From assembly GCA_016124735.1 (NCBI GenBank), contig WGMZ01000026.1:3477-67476 (forward strand): a stretch of DNA of 64,000 nucleotides, read 5' to 3'. Both the position numbers and the translations under genes were made by a program. The first letter of the stretch is position 1. Each line of letters begins with the position of its first letter. Below, piece by piece: positions 1 through 9,283 of the stretch. Source of the DNA: Bacteroidota bacterium (GTDB lineage: Bacteria > Bacteroidota > Bacteroidia > UBA8524). The notes beneath the pieces are model-generated. The model saw nothing but the letters and a program-made list of their open reading frames with translations. It searched no databases and was not told the DNA's origin.

Positions 1-1
1 C

Positions 2-106
2 CACTTAAAAGAAGAAGACCTCTACGACGATATTGACGGCGTATTGACCATTGGCGGTTTCTATAATCGTGGCAAAGGTCCCGGCGCACACATGCTGTTT
101 GTTTGA
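2..106 (+). CDS. 3' end of a DsrE/DsrF/DrsH-like family protein (partial, runs off the window edge)
   Basis: Frame from base 2 reads HLKEEDLYDDIDGVLTIGGFYNRGKGPGAHMLFV*, resembling the C-terminus of DsrE2-like proteins; not in the ORF track. Confidence 0.55.
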   Translation, partial: HLKEEDLYDDIDGVLTIGGFYNRGKGPGAHMLFV

Positions 107-211
107 TGAACGAAGATTTTCAAAGGGATCTGCTTTCTTAGCGGGATTTAATTCCATTTGGCTATGTGCTGTGTTCTTTCGGATCTGGAGGAAGATTTCA
201 CTGTGTCTTAT

Positions 212-314
212 TTGGGGCTTCCCCCGCATCCAAAGCCTTGAATCCTTGTTTCCTCTTTGTTTTTGCGGGGTCGGGCTTTCCGCTATAGCTTTGCTGCCGC
301 TTCAATCCCTAAGC
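212..314 (+). ncRNA. Probable Flavo-1 RNA motif (Bacteroidota structured RNA/repeat)
   Basis: GGGGCTT-CCCCGCA...TGCGGGG-TCGGGCTTTCCGCTATA...TGCCGCTTCAATCCCTAAGC matches the Flavo-1 pattern as I recall it; lies between convergent genes. Confidence 0.55.
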
Positions 315-366
315 CAATCCACCTGGCCTTGCTCCTGCACCCTCGATGGACAAACCGGCGCTTTGC

Positions 367-1554
367 TTAAAAACTCCATTTCAAACGGGTGAAAAGGAAT
401 TTGCCATAGCTTCCGTAAAGGGAATGATCGGTTCCGAAGAAAAGTTGTCCGCCTGTAAGCCATGCAACATTATCGGAAAGCGAATAGGTAAAAAAGGGAC
501 CCAGGAAAAAGGATCCGTCGGAAGGATCCAGAATGCCGGAAAAATCGCCCTTAAGCAAGGGTGTAATCTGATACGCAACCTCCGCAAAAAGGGAATGGCG
601 CGCTGGCGACAGGTTTTTGGCAGAAACCACTTGTCTGAAAAGCACATTCATCTGATTGCTGTCTGCATTGATGGACCCGGCGCTGTTGTACAAATAGGCA
701 ATATGCAGATATAAACTATTGGAAAAAGTATAATTCATTCCCGCCGAGGCAGAGAGTACGGTCTGCTGAATACGTAAATTTTTATGCGGAACAAAAGCAG
801 TCACTTCGCCATTAAACCCTGCCGTCCTGATCACACCCGACCATCCGGCGCCCAGCACATAATCACCATTCATCCATCCGCCCAGCACCTGCAAGTCGTA
901 ACTGCCTTTGGCAAAACGGTATTTCCCGGCAATAATGGTGGAATCGCTGTTCTTCCCCAGCTTATATGCCACCTCGGCCACAGAAGTTCCTGTCGGGTAA
1001 TATTGTAGACGCAGGGCATCGGCACCGGGCTTCTCTTCGTAATCGAAATTGAAATACGAATAGGCATTAAAGATATCGTTGGGATTCCATACCAGGTTTT
1101 GTCCCCAGTTAATCCGCTGCCTGCCCGCACTCATCTCCCATTTTCCTTTTGTATAGGTCACAGAGGCCCGGTCGAAGGTGCTGTGCACCAGGTACGAGGG
1201 TCCGTCGGAAATGATTTTTTGGAGCTTAAAATAGCTGTTGGCGCTATTGAACAAACTCGGATTTTGGCGGATAAAGTCTACCGATTCTCCGTAATAGATC
1301 CGGTTGCGCATCCCAACATGCACCTTCCAGCGCTTGCCCGGATACCAGTGAAAATCCTCCCGGTTATGAATGAGGTTAATCAGAAACCAGTTATTATTCA
1401 CAGAAGTGAACTGAATGCTTTGCAGGTCTTTGAGGTAACCCCCTATCTCCCATTTTTTAAGACTGTCGGAGGCAGAGGAAGGCGGCCCTCCGGCCCTCAC
1501 CAGACCCGGAAGAAGAAATGCCGCGCAGGCGATAGGATAAATCACCCGCTTCAT
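367..1554 (-). CDS. Outer-membrane beta-barrel protein associated with the ABC/LolA-like operon
   Basis: Signal peptide, alternating aromatic strands, GRQRINWG and EEKPGADA motifs, C-terminal ...LKWSF; overlaps the ATPase gene by 4 nt. Confidence 0.8.
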   Translation of the reverse strand: MKRVIYPIACAAFLLPGLVRAGGPPSSASDSLKKWEIGGYLKDLQSIQFTSVNNNWFLINLIHNREDFHWYPGKRWKVHVGMRNRIYYGESVDFIRQNPSLFNSANSYFKLQKIISDGPSYLVHSTFDRASVTYTKGKWEMSAGRQRINWGQNLVWNPNDIFNAYSYFNFDYEEKPGADALRLQYYPTGTSVAEVAYKLGKNSDSTIIAGKYRFAKGSYDLQVLGGWMNGDYVLGAGWSGVIRTAGFNGEVTAFVPHKNLRIQQTVLSASAGMNYTFSNSLYLHIAYLYNSAGSINADSNQMNVLFRQVVSAKNLSPARHSLFAEVAYQITPLLKGDFSGILDPSDGSFFLGPFFTYSLSDNVAWLTGGQLFFGTDHSLYGSYGKFLFTRLKWSF

Positions 1555-2255
1555 TCAACTTTTTCTTGCTTGCCGTCCCGAACTACTTTGCCGTCTTCCA
1601 GGGTAACAATTCGGTGGGCCTTATCCATCACACGTTGGTCGTGGGTAGAGAAAAGAAAAGTGATATCTTCTGTTCGGTTCATGGTCTCCATAAGCTCCAG
1701 CAGGTTTTCCGTGGATTGAGAATCGAGGTTGGCCGTCGGTTCGTCGGCCAATACAAATTTAGGACTCGACGCCAGAGCCCGGGCTACGGCTACCCTCTGC
1801 TGCTGTCCTCCTGACAAATACCTGGGCCTGATATTCATCTTATCCTTCATGCCCAATACATCCAACAGGTAGGCCACGCGATCATTAATCTCTTTGTGGT
1901 TCCGGCCCTGAAGCTCCATGATAAAGGCGATGTTTTCCTTAACTGTCAGCACCGGAATGAGATTGTACGACTGGAATACAAAACCGATGTTCCATAAACG
2001 GAAATCGACCAACTCTGCGGGCGATAAAGCAGAAATGTCCTGGTCTTCAATAAGTACCTGTCCCTCCGTGGGAGCATCAAGTCCACCAATCATGTTCAGC
2101 AAAGTGGTCTTACCACATCCCGATGGACCGACGATGGCGGTAAATTCTCCTTTCCCGAACAGCAGATCAACTCCTTTGACTGCCTGCACCGGTACGATTC
2201 CTTCGTAGGTCTTGTGCAATTTTTTTAGTTCAATCACTTCCATGGTATTTCGCAT
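1551..2255 (-). CDS. ABC transporter ATP-binding protein (LolD/MacB-like)
   Basis: Walker A GPSGCGKT, LSGGQQQR signature, LADEPTANLD Walker B, STHD switch. Confidence 0.95.
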   Translation of the reverse strand: MRNTMEVIELKKLHKTYEGIVPVQAVKGVDLLFGKGEFTAIVGPSGCGKTTLLNMIGGLDAPTEGQVLIEDQDISALSPAELVDFRLWNIGFVFQSYNLIPVLTVKENIAFIMELQGRNHKEINDRVAYLLDVLGMKDKMNIRPRYLSGGQQQRVAVARALASSPKFVLADEPTANLDSQSTENLLELMETMNRTEDITFLFSTHDQRVMDKAHRIVTLEDGKVVRDGKQEKVE

Positions 2256-2278
2256 CGATATCCATATTAATTCATTAT

Positions 2279-3502
2279 TTATTCTCCTCTTACCGCTTCG
2301 GCCGGCTTCAGGTGTATGGCCCGCATAGCCGGAAAAAGTGATGAAAGGAGCGCAATCATGATTACCATCACTGCAAACTGCGGCGCAAAGCCCGGGTCCA
2401 GTTGCGGGTAAACCCTTTCACTGTACCCCAAGGCATTGATGCCTTCTGCAATAGCGGTAAGATTGACACCACTCGTTCCTAAATAATTTACCGTAGCAAT
2501 GCTCATTAGCAATCCGGCAAGGGCACCGGTAAGAGAAAGAAAGAGGGTTTCCAAAACGATCATGGTAAAGATCTTTTTCTGGTTCATGCCCACAGAAAGC
2601 AACATTCCAATCTCCCGCGTACGATCCATCACAGCCATGAGCATGGTGTTGATGATGCCAAAAGCCAGGGCCAGCAGGATAATAAAGACGAAAATCAGCG
2701 ACATCTGAGTCATGGTGCCCGACATCATTCTCAGCATAGGAGAAAGTTCATCCCAACTTTGCACCTGAAGATTTGGGAACAGCTTTGCAATCTGTCCCTG
2801 AATCACTTTGGTCTGTTTGGTATCGTCGAGCAAAACGCTGACAGTCGACACATAGCCTTTGGGGAGTCGAAGTATCTTTTGCAGGTCCTGCTTCCGCACA
2901 AAGGCCATTTGTTCATTGAATTCGGTATTGTGCAGTCGGTAAATACCAACCAGCTTGAAGGAGGCATAACTAATCTCTCCCCGGTAATCCTGCAGGGTCA
3001 CAACAAGTCGGGACGACAAATCAGTGTGCAGCTTTTCAGCCAGTGCCTGTCCGATTACAATGGGATTCACTCCCCCATTATCAACTTCGAAAAAGTTCCC
3101 TTCTGTGAGGTATTCATGCAGGTCGCTTACGCCATTGTATATTTGGGGATCGATTCCATTCAGCATGATTCCCCGTGAAGCATAGGCCGTAGAAGTCATG
3201 GCGGTAAGTTCGATCCGGTCGCAAACGCCTTTTACACCGGGTAATTGGCGAATCTGTTCTTCTACCCGCTCACTCTGTTCTATGTGGCGCTGCAGGTCGT
3301 AGTTTTGAAGGAATTTCGGCTCATTGAGCTGAATATGTCCTGTTTCCGTATGAATGCCCGAATACACCTGCTGTTCTCCCATTCCCTGCATAAAGGCATA
3401 AGAAAATATTCCTCCCCACAGGCCGAGAGCAATGGCCGAAATAACAACCAGACTTCTGAGCTTGTTGCGCCAAACGTTTCTCCATGCAATGTGTGCTATC
3501 AT
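2279..3502 (-). CDS. ABC transporter permease (FtsX/MacB/LolE family)
   Basis: AWRNVWRNKLRS N-terminus, periplasmic domain, DRTREIG motif, C-terminal PAEAVR. Confidence 0.92.
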   Translation of the reverse strand: MIAHIAWRNVWRNKLRSLVVISAIALGLWGGIFSYAFMQGMGEQQVYSGIHTETGHIQLNEPKFLQNYDLQRHIEQSERVEEQIRQLPGVKGVCDRIELTAMTSTAYASRGIMLNGIDPQIYNGVSDLHEYLTEGNFFEVDNGGVNPIVIGQALAEKLHTDLSSRLVVTLQDYRGEISYASFKLVGIYRLHNTEFNEQMAFVRKQDLQKILRLPKGYVSTVSVLLDDTKQTKVIQGQIAKLFPNLQVQSWDELSPMLRMMSGTMTQMSLIFVFIILLALAFGIINTMLMAVMDRTREIGMLLSVGMNQKKIFTMIVLETLFLSLTGALAGLLMSIATVNYLGTSGVNLTAIAEGINALGYSERVYPQLDPGFAPQFAVMVIMIALLSSLFPAMRAIHLKPAEAVRGE

Positions 3503-3506
3503 AGCG

Positions 3507-4730
3507 CTATCGTTTTAAGGCGTTTAAAATATCAAAGCGTGCGACATAGATCAGTGGATACAGCGAGGCTACCAAAGAAATGATCAGCACGGTAATCCCC
3601 TGATGGACAAAAATTTCCGGATTGAGGGAGGCTGGCATGATGGGCTCGATACCGAACTGCTCGAACATTTGGGCCGCATCTCCGGTTATTCTGACCGGAT
3701 TGAGCTTAAAATACACCAGAACAGGCATGGCCAAAATAATTCCGGTGCTAACCCCGAGGATTCCGATGAACAGAGTTTCCAAAGTCAAAAGGATAATGAG
3801 GCGCGTCCGTTTCAATCCGATTGCCACCATCACAGAAAATTCCTTCCTCCTTTCCATGGTCATCATCAGAATGGTACCAAAAACCCCGAAAGCAATCACC
3901 ACATAGAGAATTCCCAGCATGATAACCCCGCCGGCATTGTCTCCGGCTATCTCCTGGGTAAGGGTCTTATTCATGGCCTCCCAGGGCATGACTTCCCAGT
4001 TGTTCGTGTCCAGTTGGCTACTCAATTCAGTAACTGTTCGCGATTGTCCCGTCGGATTTTTAAGCATCAGACTTAACGAAGTGTAGCGGTCGTAGGCAAT
4101 AAACAGTTGCTGACAGGCAATTAAAGGTAGATACACCAGTGAACTGTTCATGCGTTTGTCCGGAAAATGAAAGATTCCTTTCACAGGGAACTTCCCGGCA
4201 GCGGTCATGCCCTGATAGCCCTGACCAAGAAGAATCATGGTATCACCTACGCTGAGGTCGAGGTAGGACGATAATTCGTCGCCAACCAGAATGCCCGCGT
4301 CATCTGCAGAAAAATAGCTTCCCTGTTTCAGCTTGTCCGACAGTCCGTTGAGTGCATCTTCTTTCCGGGGATCGACACCAATAACCTGTACGCCTTTGGT
4401 ATGATCACCTGAGGAAGCCAGTACATAAGATTCCATCCGGGGCACTGCCAGGGTAATATTTTTGTTGTTCCCGATCAGAGAATCAAGCAAGTCGTTGTTT
4501 TCAAAGGAATTATTTAAAGACGGCTCATCCCAGTAACCCTTTGCATGGATTTGAATGTATCCGGTCGAGAACCGGACTGCATTTTCAATCATATTGGCAT
4601 AGGTGCCTTTTTGCATGGAACGCATACAAACAGCCAGCAATACCGCAAGAATTACCGAAGTCAGAGTAATAATTGTCCTGCGTTTATTGCGCCAAAGGTT
4701 GCGCCAGGCCAGTTTGAGATACTGTTTCAT
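3507..4730 (-). CDS. ABC transporter permease (FtsX/MacB/LolE family)
   Basis: LAWRNLWRNKRRT N-terminus, ERRKEF motif, same architecture as the adjacent permease. Confidence 0.92.
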   Translation of the reverse strand: MKQYLKLAWRNLWRNKRRTIITLTSVILAVLLAVCMRSMQKGTYANMIENAVRFSTGYIQIHAKGYWDEPSLNNSFENNDLLDSLIGNNKNITLAVPRMESYVLASSGDHTKGVQVIGVDPRKEDALNGLSDKLKQGSYFSADDAGILVGDELSSYLDLSVGDTMILLGQGYQGMTAAGKFPVKGIFHFPDKRMNSSLVYLPLIACQQLFIAYDRYTSLSLMLKNPTGQSRTVTELSSQLDTNNWEVMPWEAMNKTLTQEIAGDNAGGVIMLGILYVVIAFGVFGTILMMTMERRKEFSVMVAIGLKRTRLIILLTLETLFIGILGVSTGIILAMPVLVYFKLNPVRITGDAAQMFEQFGIEPIMPASLNPEIFVHQGITVLIISLVASLYPLIYVARFDILNALKR

Positions 4731-4731
4731 G

Positions 4732-5523
4732 TCATCGCAGATTTTTCATGTTTTGCTGAGAAAAGAAACTCTCATCAAGCTTCACATTGAATGTGATCTT
4801 ACTAAATTCCAGAACCGTCTTTTTTCCCTTTTCATTTACCGGAACAATGGTGAATTTGGAAGGCAGGTCGCGGTCGCCAAAGTGTTTGATATCCGTTTGA
4901 GTCTCCAGATTGATCAGTTTCCCTTTTTCATCGTAGTATTCGGCCTTTAACAGGAAATGTTCTTTTTTGGCAACCCAGAGGATTACCTTACCCCAAATCA
5001 CCGCTGCCTTGGCTTTGGGGATAAGTTGGATTTTATAGGTGTCGTATGCGTCAATAAATTCACTACCTAGGATACTTTGGGTATAGTCGTCGACCAATGT
5101 GGTTCGTTTCACTACATCATTATTGGTAAAATCGGACCCCATCCAGCTTTGTCCCATCATGGACGGCGGAATCCGGACAATGCGGCTGATGGAGGGAATC
5201 CAGTTCCACATTTCCTTGCCTCGTTTCAGAAAAGATTGTCCCTTGTCCTGCGCCGGAGCCGTTATAAGAATCATGTTATAATCATTGCCCAGCGACCAGT
5301 TCTTCATGCTTATGGAACGTGTCCATTTCGGCCTGGTGATTGTCATGGTGGCCTCACTTTCGCTGGATCTGCCGTTCATCAGGTCAATGGCCTGCTGAAC
5401 CAATTCTTTCGGATCCTCTGCGGCGATATAAGAGGATATTATTGCCGACAGGCTGAGCAATACTGCAAGGAAAACCGATTGTTTTATGTGTTTCATCTTA
5501 TAGTTCATTTTTTGGATGTGCAT
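4732..5523 (-). CDS. Outer membrane lipoprotein-sorting protein (LolA-like)
   Basis: Signal peptide; MWNWIPS and SMMGQSWMGSDFTNND motifs; C-terminal FFSQQNMK. Confidence 0.85.
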   Translation of the reverse strand: MHIQKMNYKMKHIKQSVFLAVLLSLSAIISSYIAAEDPKELVQQAIDLMNGRSSESEATMTITRPKWTRSISMKNWSLGNDYNMILITAPAQDKGQSFLKRGKEMWNWIPSISRIVRIPPSMMGQSWMGSDFTNNDVVKRTTLVDDYTQSILGSEFIDAYDTYKIQLIPKAKAAVIWGKVILWVAKKEHFLLKAEYYDEKGKLINLETQTDIKHFGDRDLPSKFTIVPVNEKGKKTVLEFSKITFNVKLDESFFSQQNMKNLR

Positions 5524-5541
5524 ATACCAGACTAATAAGCA

Positions 5542-6117
5542 TCATCCGAATTTTATTAAAATCATATCGATAACCTTGTCGACCGGATACACCTCCGGAG
5601 CTACCAGTATATCGAACAACATCCCATCCAATATGGCTCCCAATAGCATCGCTTCTCCAAAAGGATCGGAAGAATTCTTTTGTTGGAAATAGCCCATGAA
5701 TACGCCCAGGTACTGCTCCATAAAAACCTGAAGATGTGCCTGCAATTTGTGGGCGATATTCTGTTGCAGAATCAGCATGCTAAACAATCTCCAGAAATCT
5801 TCTTCCTCGTGGTAAAGGCCCAGCAGTCCGCGCAATACCTTTTCAAAATCACCTTTTGTTTGAATCCCTTTTTCCGGAACAAAGTCCATAAACATCGTCA
5901 TACGCTCCAAGCCGTACACGATTAACTCGTCGAGCAAATTTTCCTTGTCTTTAAAATAGGTATAAAGCAGGCCTTTGGATATCCCGGCTTCTTCAGCAAT
6001 CATACTAATGGTTGCGCCCTTAAATCCATTGCTTGAAAAAACACGGAGAGAAGCCTCGAGTATTTGGGTCTTCTTCTCTTTTTTGAGCTGTTCTATTTGT
6101 TTGGGTGAACGTGGCAT
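5542..6117 (-). CDS. TetR/AcrR family transcriptional regulator
   Basis: HTH GFKGATISMIAEEAGISKGLLYTYFKDKE; ATG at 6117 (MPRSPKQ) preferred over the TTG at 6144. Confidence 0.92.
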   Translation of the reverse strand: MPRSPKQIEQLKKEKKTQILEASLRVFSSNGFKGATISMIAEEAGISKGLLYTYFKDKENLLDELIVYGLERMTMFMDFVPEKGIQTKGDFEKVLRGLLGLYHEEEDFWRLFSMLILQQNIAHKLQAHLQVFMEQYLGVFMGYFQQKNSSDPFGEAMLLGAILDGMLFDILVAPEVYPVDKVIDMILIKFG

Positions 6118-6122
6118 TATTT

Positions 6123-6146
6123 TTTTGACCGAACTTTTATTCAAAA
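6123..6146. promoter_or_regulatory. Candidate TetR autoregulatory operator
   Basis: Inverted repeat TTTTGA-N12-TCAAAA a few bases upstream of the tetR ATG. Confidence 0.45.
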
Positions 6147-6402
6147 TAAAAACATCCCTTCGAACATATCCAAAAAACCCACCGATTATTTTTAAACAAG
6201 TGCTTTTAGCCCCGATTTTTTGGTTCGTTTGGAAATTATACCGAGCAAGGTCGAAGGATCAAGGCAAAATGAACATAAATGAATCAAGGCTTGAACCGTC
6301 TCAACCGGTTCAATCCGCTTGTGGAGGCTTCCAAAAATCAAATGCAGGAAATGCGGTCAAAGAATGACAATCGAAGTCATGATAATTTAGAATTGCGGGC
6401 AA

Positions 6403-7296
6403 TCAATAATTCTCCAGCCAGCCAAATTGATCGTGAAGAATGCGCGATTTGTGAAGTCTGAGGTATTCCAGATAGGCTTCACAAACCGGAGGTAGTTTTT
6501 TTCCTTTGAGCCAAATAAGTCGCCATTTCGTAGTTATAGGCAAACCGGGCATAGTGTAAATAAACAGCTGTTTGCTGTCTATTTCATTGTGAATGCCTAT
6601 CAAGGGGATGATGGAATTGCCCAGACCAGCCATCACAGCCTGTTTTACCGCTTCATTAGAGGTGAGCTCCAACTTTCGTCGGGTGGCCTTCCCTGTTTTT
6701 TCGAGGTAGTCTTCCATGACTTTTCGGGTGGCGGAACCTTCTTCTCTGTATATCCAGGGTTGACTGTCTTTCAATTCCGGACTGTTTCCCACAAAAAACA
6801 GTTTGTTATCAATCAGTACTTCTTCTTCGACAGCCACCTTGTGGGGTAAAATGGAAACCAGAGCAAAATCAATCTCATTTTTCAAAAGACTTTCCATGAC
6901 CCGGCTTTTGTTGGTTACGTCTAAAAGCAAATCAATTCCCGGATGCTGTCCCAAAAAATCGCCCAAAAAATAAGGGATGACATATTTCCCCGTGGAAGCT
7001 GAAGATATTTTAATGCGGCCACTCAGCAATCCTTTATAATCTCTTGTTTTGAATTTGATCTGCTCCAGTTCTTCGATGACGCGTTCGGCAACCCTACCGA
7101 TTTCATAGCCAAAATCGGTAATCATCAACTGCCGTCCCACCACTTCTGTCAGTGGAATACTGAATTGATCCTGAAATTTTTTTAGCTGAATAGACACGGC
7201 CGGTTGGGTCATGAAGAGTTCTTCAGCGGCCTTGGTAATGCTCTGTGTTTGCAGGACCTTCTGGAAGATTTGCAATTGATGAATCGTATAATCCAT
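6403..7296 (-). CDS. LysR family regulator, CbbR/CmpR-like
   Basis: HTH SITKAAEELFMTQPAVSIQLK; REEGSATR and SNEAVKQAVMAGLG motifs typical of CbbR-like LTTRs; divergent from dabBA. Confidence 0.92.
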   Translation of the reverse strand: MDYTIHQLQIFQKVLQTQSITKAAEELFMTQPAVSIQLKKFQDQFSIPLTEVVGRQLMITDFGYEIGRVAERVIEELEQIKFKTRDYKGLLSGRIKISSASTGKYVIPYFLGDFLGQHPGIDLLLDVTNKSRVMESLLKNEIDFALVSILPHKVAVEEEVLIDNKLFFVGNSPELKDSQPWIYREEGSATRKVMEDYLEKTGKATRRKLELTSNEAVKQAVMAGLGNSIIPLIGIHNEIDSKQLFIYTMPGLPITTKWRLIWLKGKKLPPVCEAYLEYLRLHKSRILHDQFGWLENY

Positions 7297-7342
7297 AAAT
7301 ATTTATTATGAGTACAATAATAAATATAAATAAAAAATTATG
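7294..7342. promoter_or_regulatory. CbbR/LysR-type binding boxes in the divergent promoter
   Basis: CATAA-N7-TTATG at 7294-7310 overlapping the lysR start codon; ATAA-N8-TTAT at 7326-7341. Confidence 0.6.
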
Positions 7343-7380
7343 AATGAGTCGGGAGACCTTTGTTCAAAAAACAATCCATC

Positions 7381-7695
7381 ATGACAAATACTACAAAAGC
7401 AAATCGCGCCTCAGAAAGACCGGATGTTTTAGAACTCGATCTTATAAATGGTCAATACGACGCGGGAGACGGCTTTGAAATCGTTCACCAGCTTTTGCTT
7501 GAAAAAATCAATTTTCTTCAATTGAAAAACTTCAGTCTGGAAATTCGGTACGGGCAAAAAGATGAGCACACCAAGCTTCGTATCAAAGAATTGGAAGAAG
7601 CTGCACGTCAAACAATGGACTACTTTAAAAAATTTTCGGAAAAGGAGGATCGCTTCGATATAGAGGCCAAAATCATCATTTCTAAAAATTCGTGA
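7381..7695 (+). CDS. Small hypothetical protein, first gene of the dab operon
   Basis: 104-aa soluble ORF from the ATG at 7381, ending 4 bp before dabB. Confidence 0.75.
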   Translation: MTNTTKANRASERPDVLELDLINGQYDAGDGFEIVHQLLLEKINFLQLKNFSLEIRYGQKDEHTKLRIKELEEAARQTMDYFKKFSEKEDRFDIEAKIIISKNS

Positions 7696-7699
7696 GGGC

Positions 7700-9283
7700 A
7701 TGATAGCAGTTATCACACTACTTCCAGTCCTGGCATACCTGTCGGTCGCGCTTTTTTCCCGAATTCAGCCGGGAATGCGCCCCAAAGCACTACTTCTTAG
7801 TACCGCTTTTGCCTCATGGATTTCTCTGCTTGCTGCCCTCATTGCCTGTGTTTTTGTCAGCATGAAAGGCACCGTGAAAGCGGAAGTACTCCGTTTTCCA
7901 CCCCTTTCTTTCAATCTCCGTCTGGATGCCATGAATGTGTTGTTGTTCATGATGGTATCCATCATCGGACTGGTTGTAATGAAATACAGTCGGAATTACA
8001 TGGATGGAGATGCTCGGCAGGGTGCTTTCACCGGCAGAATGGCCACTACCCTCTCTTCTGCCTACCTGATCATTCTTTCCGGCAGTCTCACAGTACTTTT
8101 TATCTCCTGGGTATTGACAAGTATCGGATTAAATCGCCTCTTGTTGTTCTATCCTCAGCGAATAGGTGCGGTGAATACTGCGAAGAAAAAATTCATCATG
8201 GCCCGCCTCAGTGATGCGTTCCTCCTGTTGGCCTCCATCGCCTTATTAAGGATGTTCGGAACCGATAATTTGGAGCGCATCTTTGTCCAGATAAACAGCA
8301 TCGAACCGGGAAGCAATCTCCTGGCCTTAGCCACCTGGAGCTTGGTGCTGGCTGCATTATTCAAGTCGGCACAATTCCCGACTCATTCCTGGCTGGTGGA
8401 AGTAATGGAGACCCCTACTCCTGTTTCTGCACTGCTGCATGCAGGATTGTTGAATGCAGGGCCTTTTTTAATTATGCGAATGGCTTTCATTCTGGAAGCC
8501 AACCCGAAGATGCAGTCATTGCTGCTGATAGCCGGCGGTATTACCGCCCTCTTTGGCTCTCTGGTGTACACAACCCAAAGCTCCATTAAAACGGCGCTCA
8601 GCTATTCGAGTGCGGGACATATGGGATTCAGCTTGTTTATCTGCGGGTTGGGACTCTACCCCGCAGCCTTGGTGCACCTGATTGCCCATTCCTTCTATAA
8701 GGCCCATGCATTCCTAAGCTCCGGCAGTTTAATCGATCAATTGCGCATGCAGCAAACCACAAATACATTGAGAACAGGCAAATACCGGGTGATATTGGCA
8801 GCCACCTTGGTCAGTATCTTCATGTTCTATTGCCTGAGTCAATTATGGAGACCAGACATGCTCGAAGACAAAGGCATGATGATACTCAGTTCGATTATTG
8901 TGATGGGGGTAGCTTTCACACTTATACAAGCCTGGGATTCCAATGGCGACCGCTCGTACAAGATCCGGGCATTTACCTATGCTTTGCTCGTGTTCTCGGC
9001 ATTCATTATTTTGGAAAGCGGGATGCATTTCCTTGTAGAGCAGCAAGTTCCTGCTTTGAGTCTTTCGGCCGAAGCTTTATGGATTGCAGGACTTTTTCTC
9101 ATTGCCTTTTCAGGGATCATGCTCTTGCAAAGCTTGCCAGGTATTCAAAATACAAGGCTTTTTAAGAATAGTTTTGTCCATCTTAAGAACGGCCTGTACA
9201 TCACAGTGCTACTGGACCGGATGCTTGGAACCTGGGCAAATAAAAACAGGACTAAATCTCCATTAACCGACCGAGAAAAATGA
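7700..9283 (+). CDS. dabB: NuoL/MrpA-like proton-conducting membrane subunit of the DAB/MpsAB inorganic carbon pump
   Basis: Multi-TM protein with KSAQFPTHSWLVEVMETPTPVSALLHAG and HLIAHSFYKAHAFL; overlaps the DUF2309 gene (ATGA). Confidence 0.88.
   Translation: MIAVITLLPVLAYLSVALFSRIQPGMRPKALLLSTAFASWISLLAALIACVFVSMKGTVKAEVLRFPPLSFNLRLDAMNVLLFMMVSIIGLVVMKYSRNYMDGDARQGAFTGRMATTLSSAYLIILSGSLTVLFISWVLTSIGLNRLLLFYPQRIGAVNTAKKKFIMARLSDAFLLLASIALLRMFGTDNLERIFVQINSIEPGSNLLALATWSLVLAALFKSAQFPTHSWLVEVMETPTPVSALLHAGLLNAGPFLIMRMAFILEANPKMQSLLLIAGGITALFGSLVYTTQSSIKTALSYSSAGHMGFSLFICGLGLYPAALVHLIAHSFYKAHAFLSSGSLIDQLRMQQTTNTLRTGKYRVILAATLVSIFMFYCLSQLWRPDMLEDKGMMILSSIIVMGVAFTLIQAWDSNGDRSYKIRAFTYALLVFSAFIILESGMHFLVEQQVPALSLSAEALWIAGLFLIAFSGIMLLQSLPGIQNTRLFKNSFVHLKNGLYITVLLDRMLGTWANKNRTKSPLTDREK

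Noticed and set aside
6291-6313. Inverted repeat TTGAACCG-N7-CGGTTCAA as a terminator or element end
   Set aside because: No U-tract, no second copy and no transposase; function cannot be supported
7700-9283. Complex I nuoL or Mrp antiporter subunit
   Set aside because: No other nuo or mrp genes nearby; it is coupled to DUF2309
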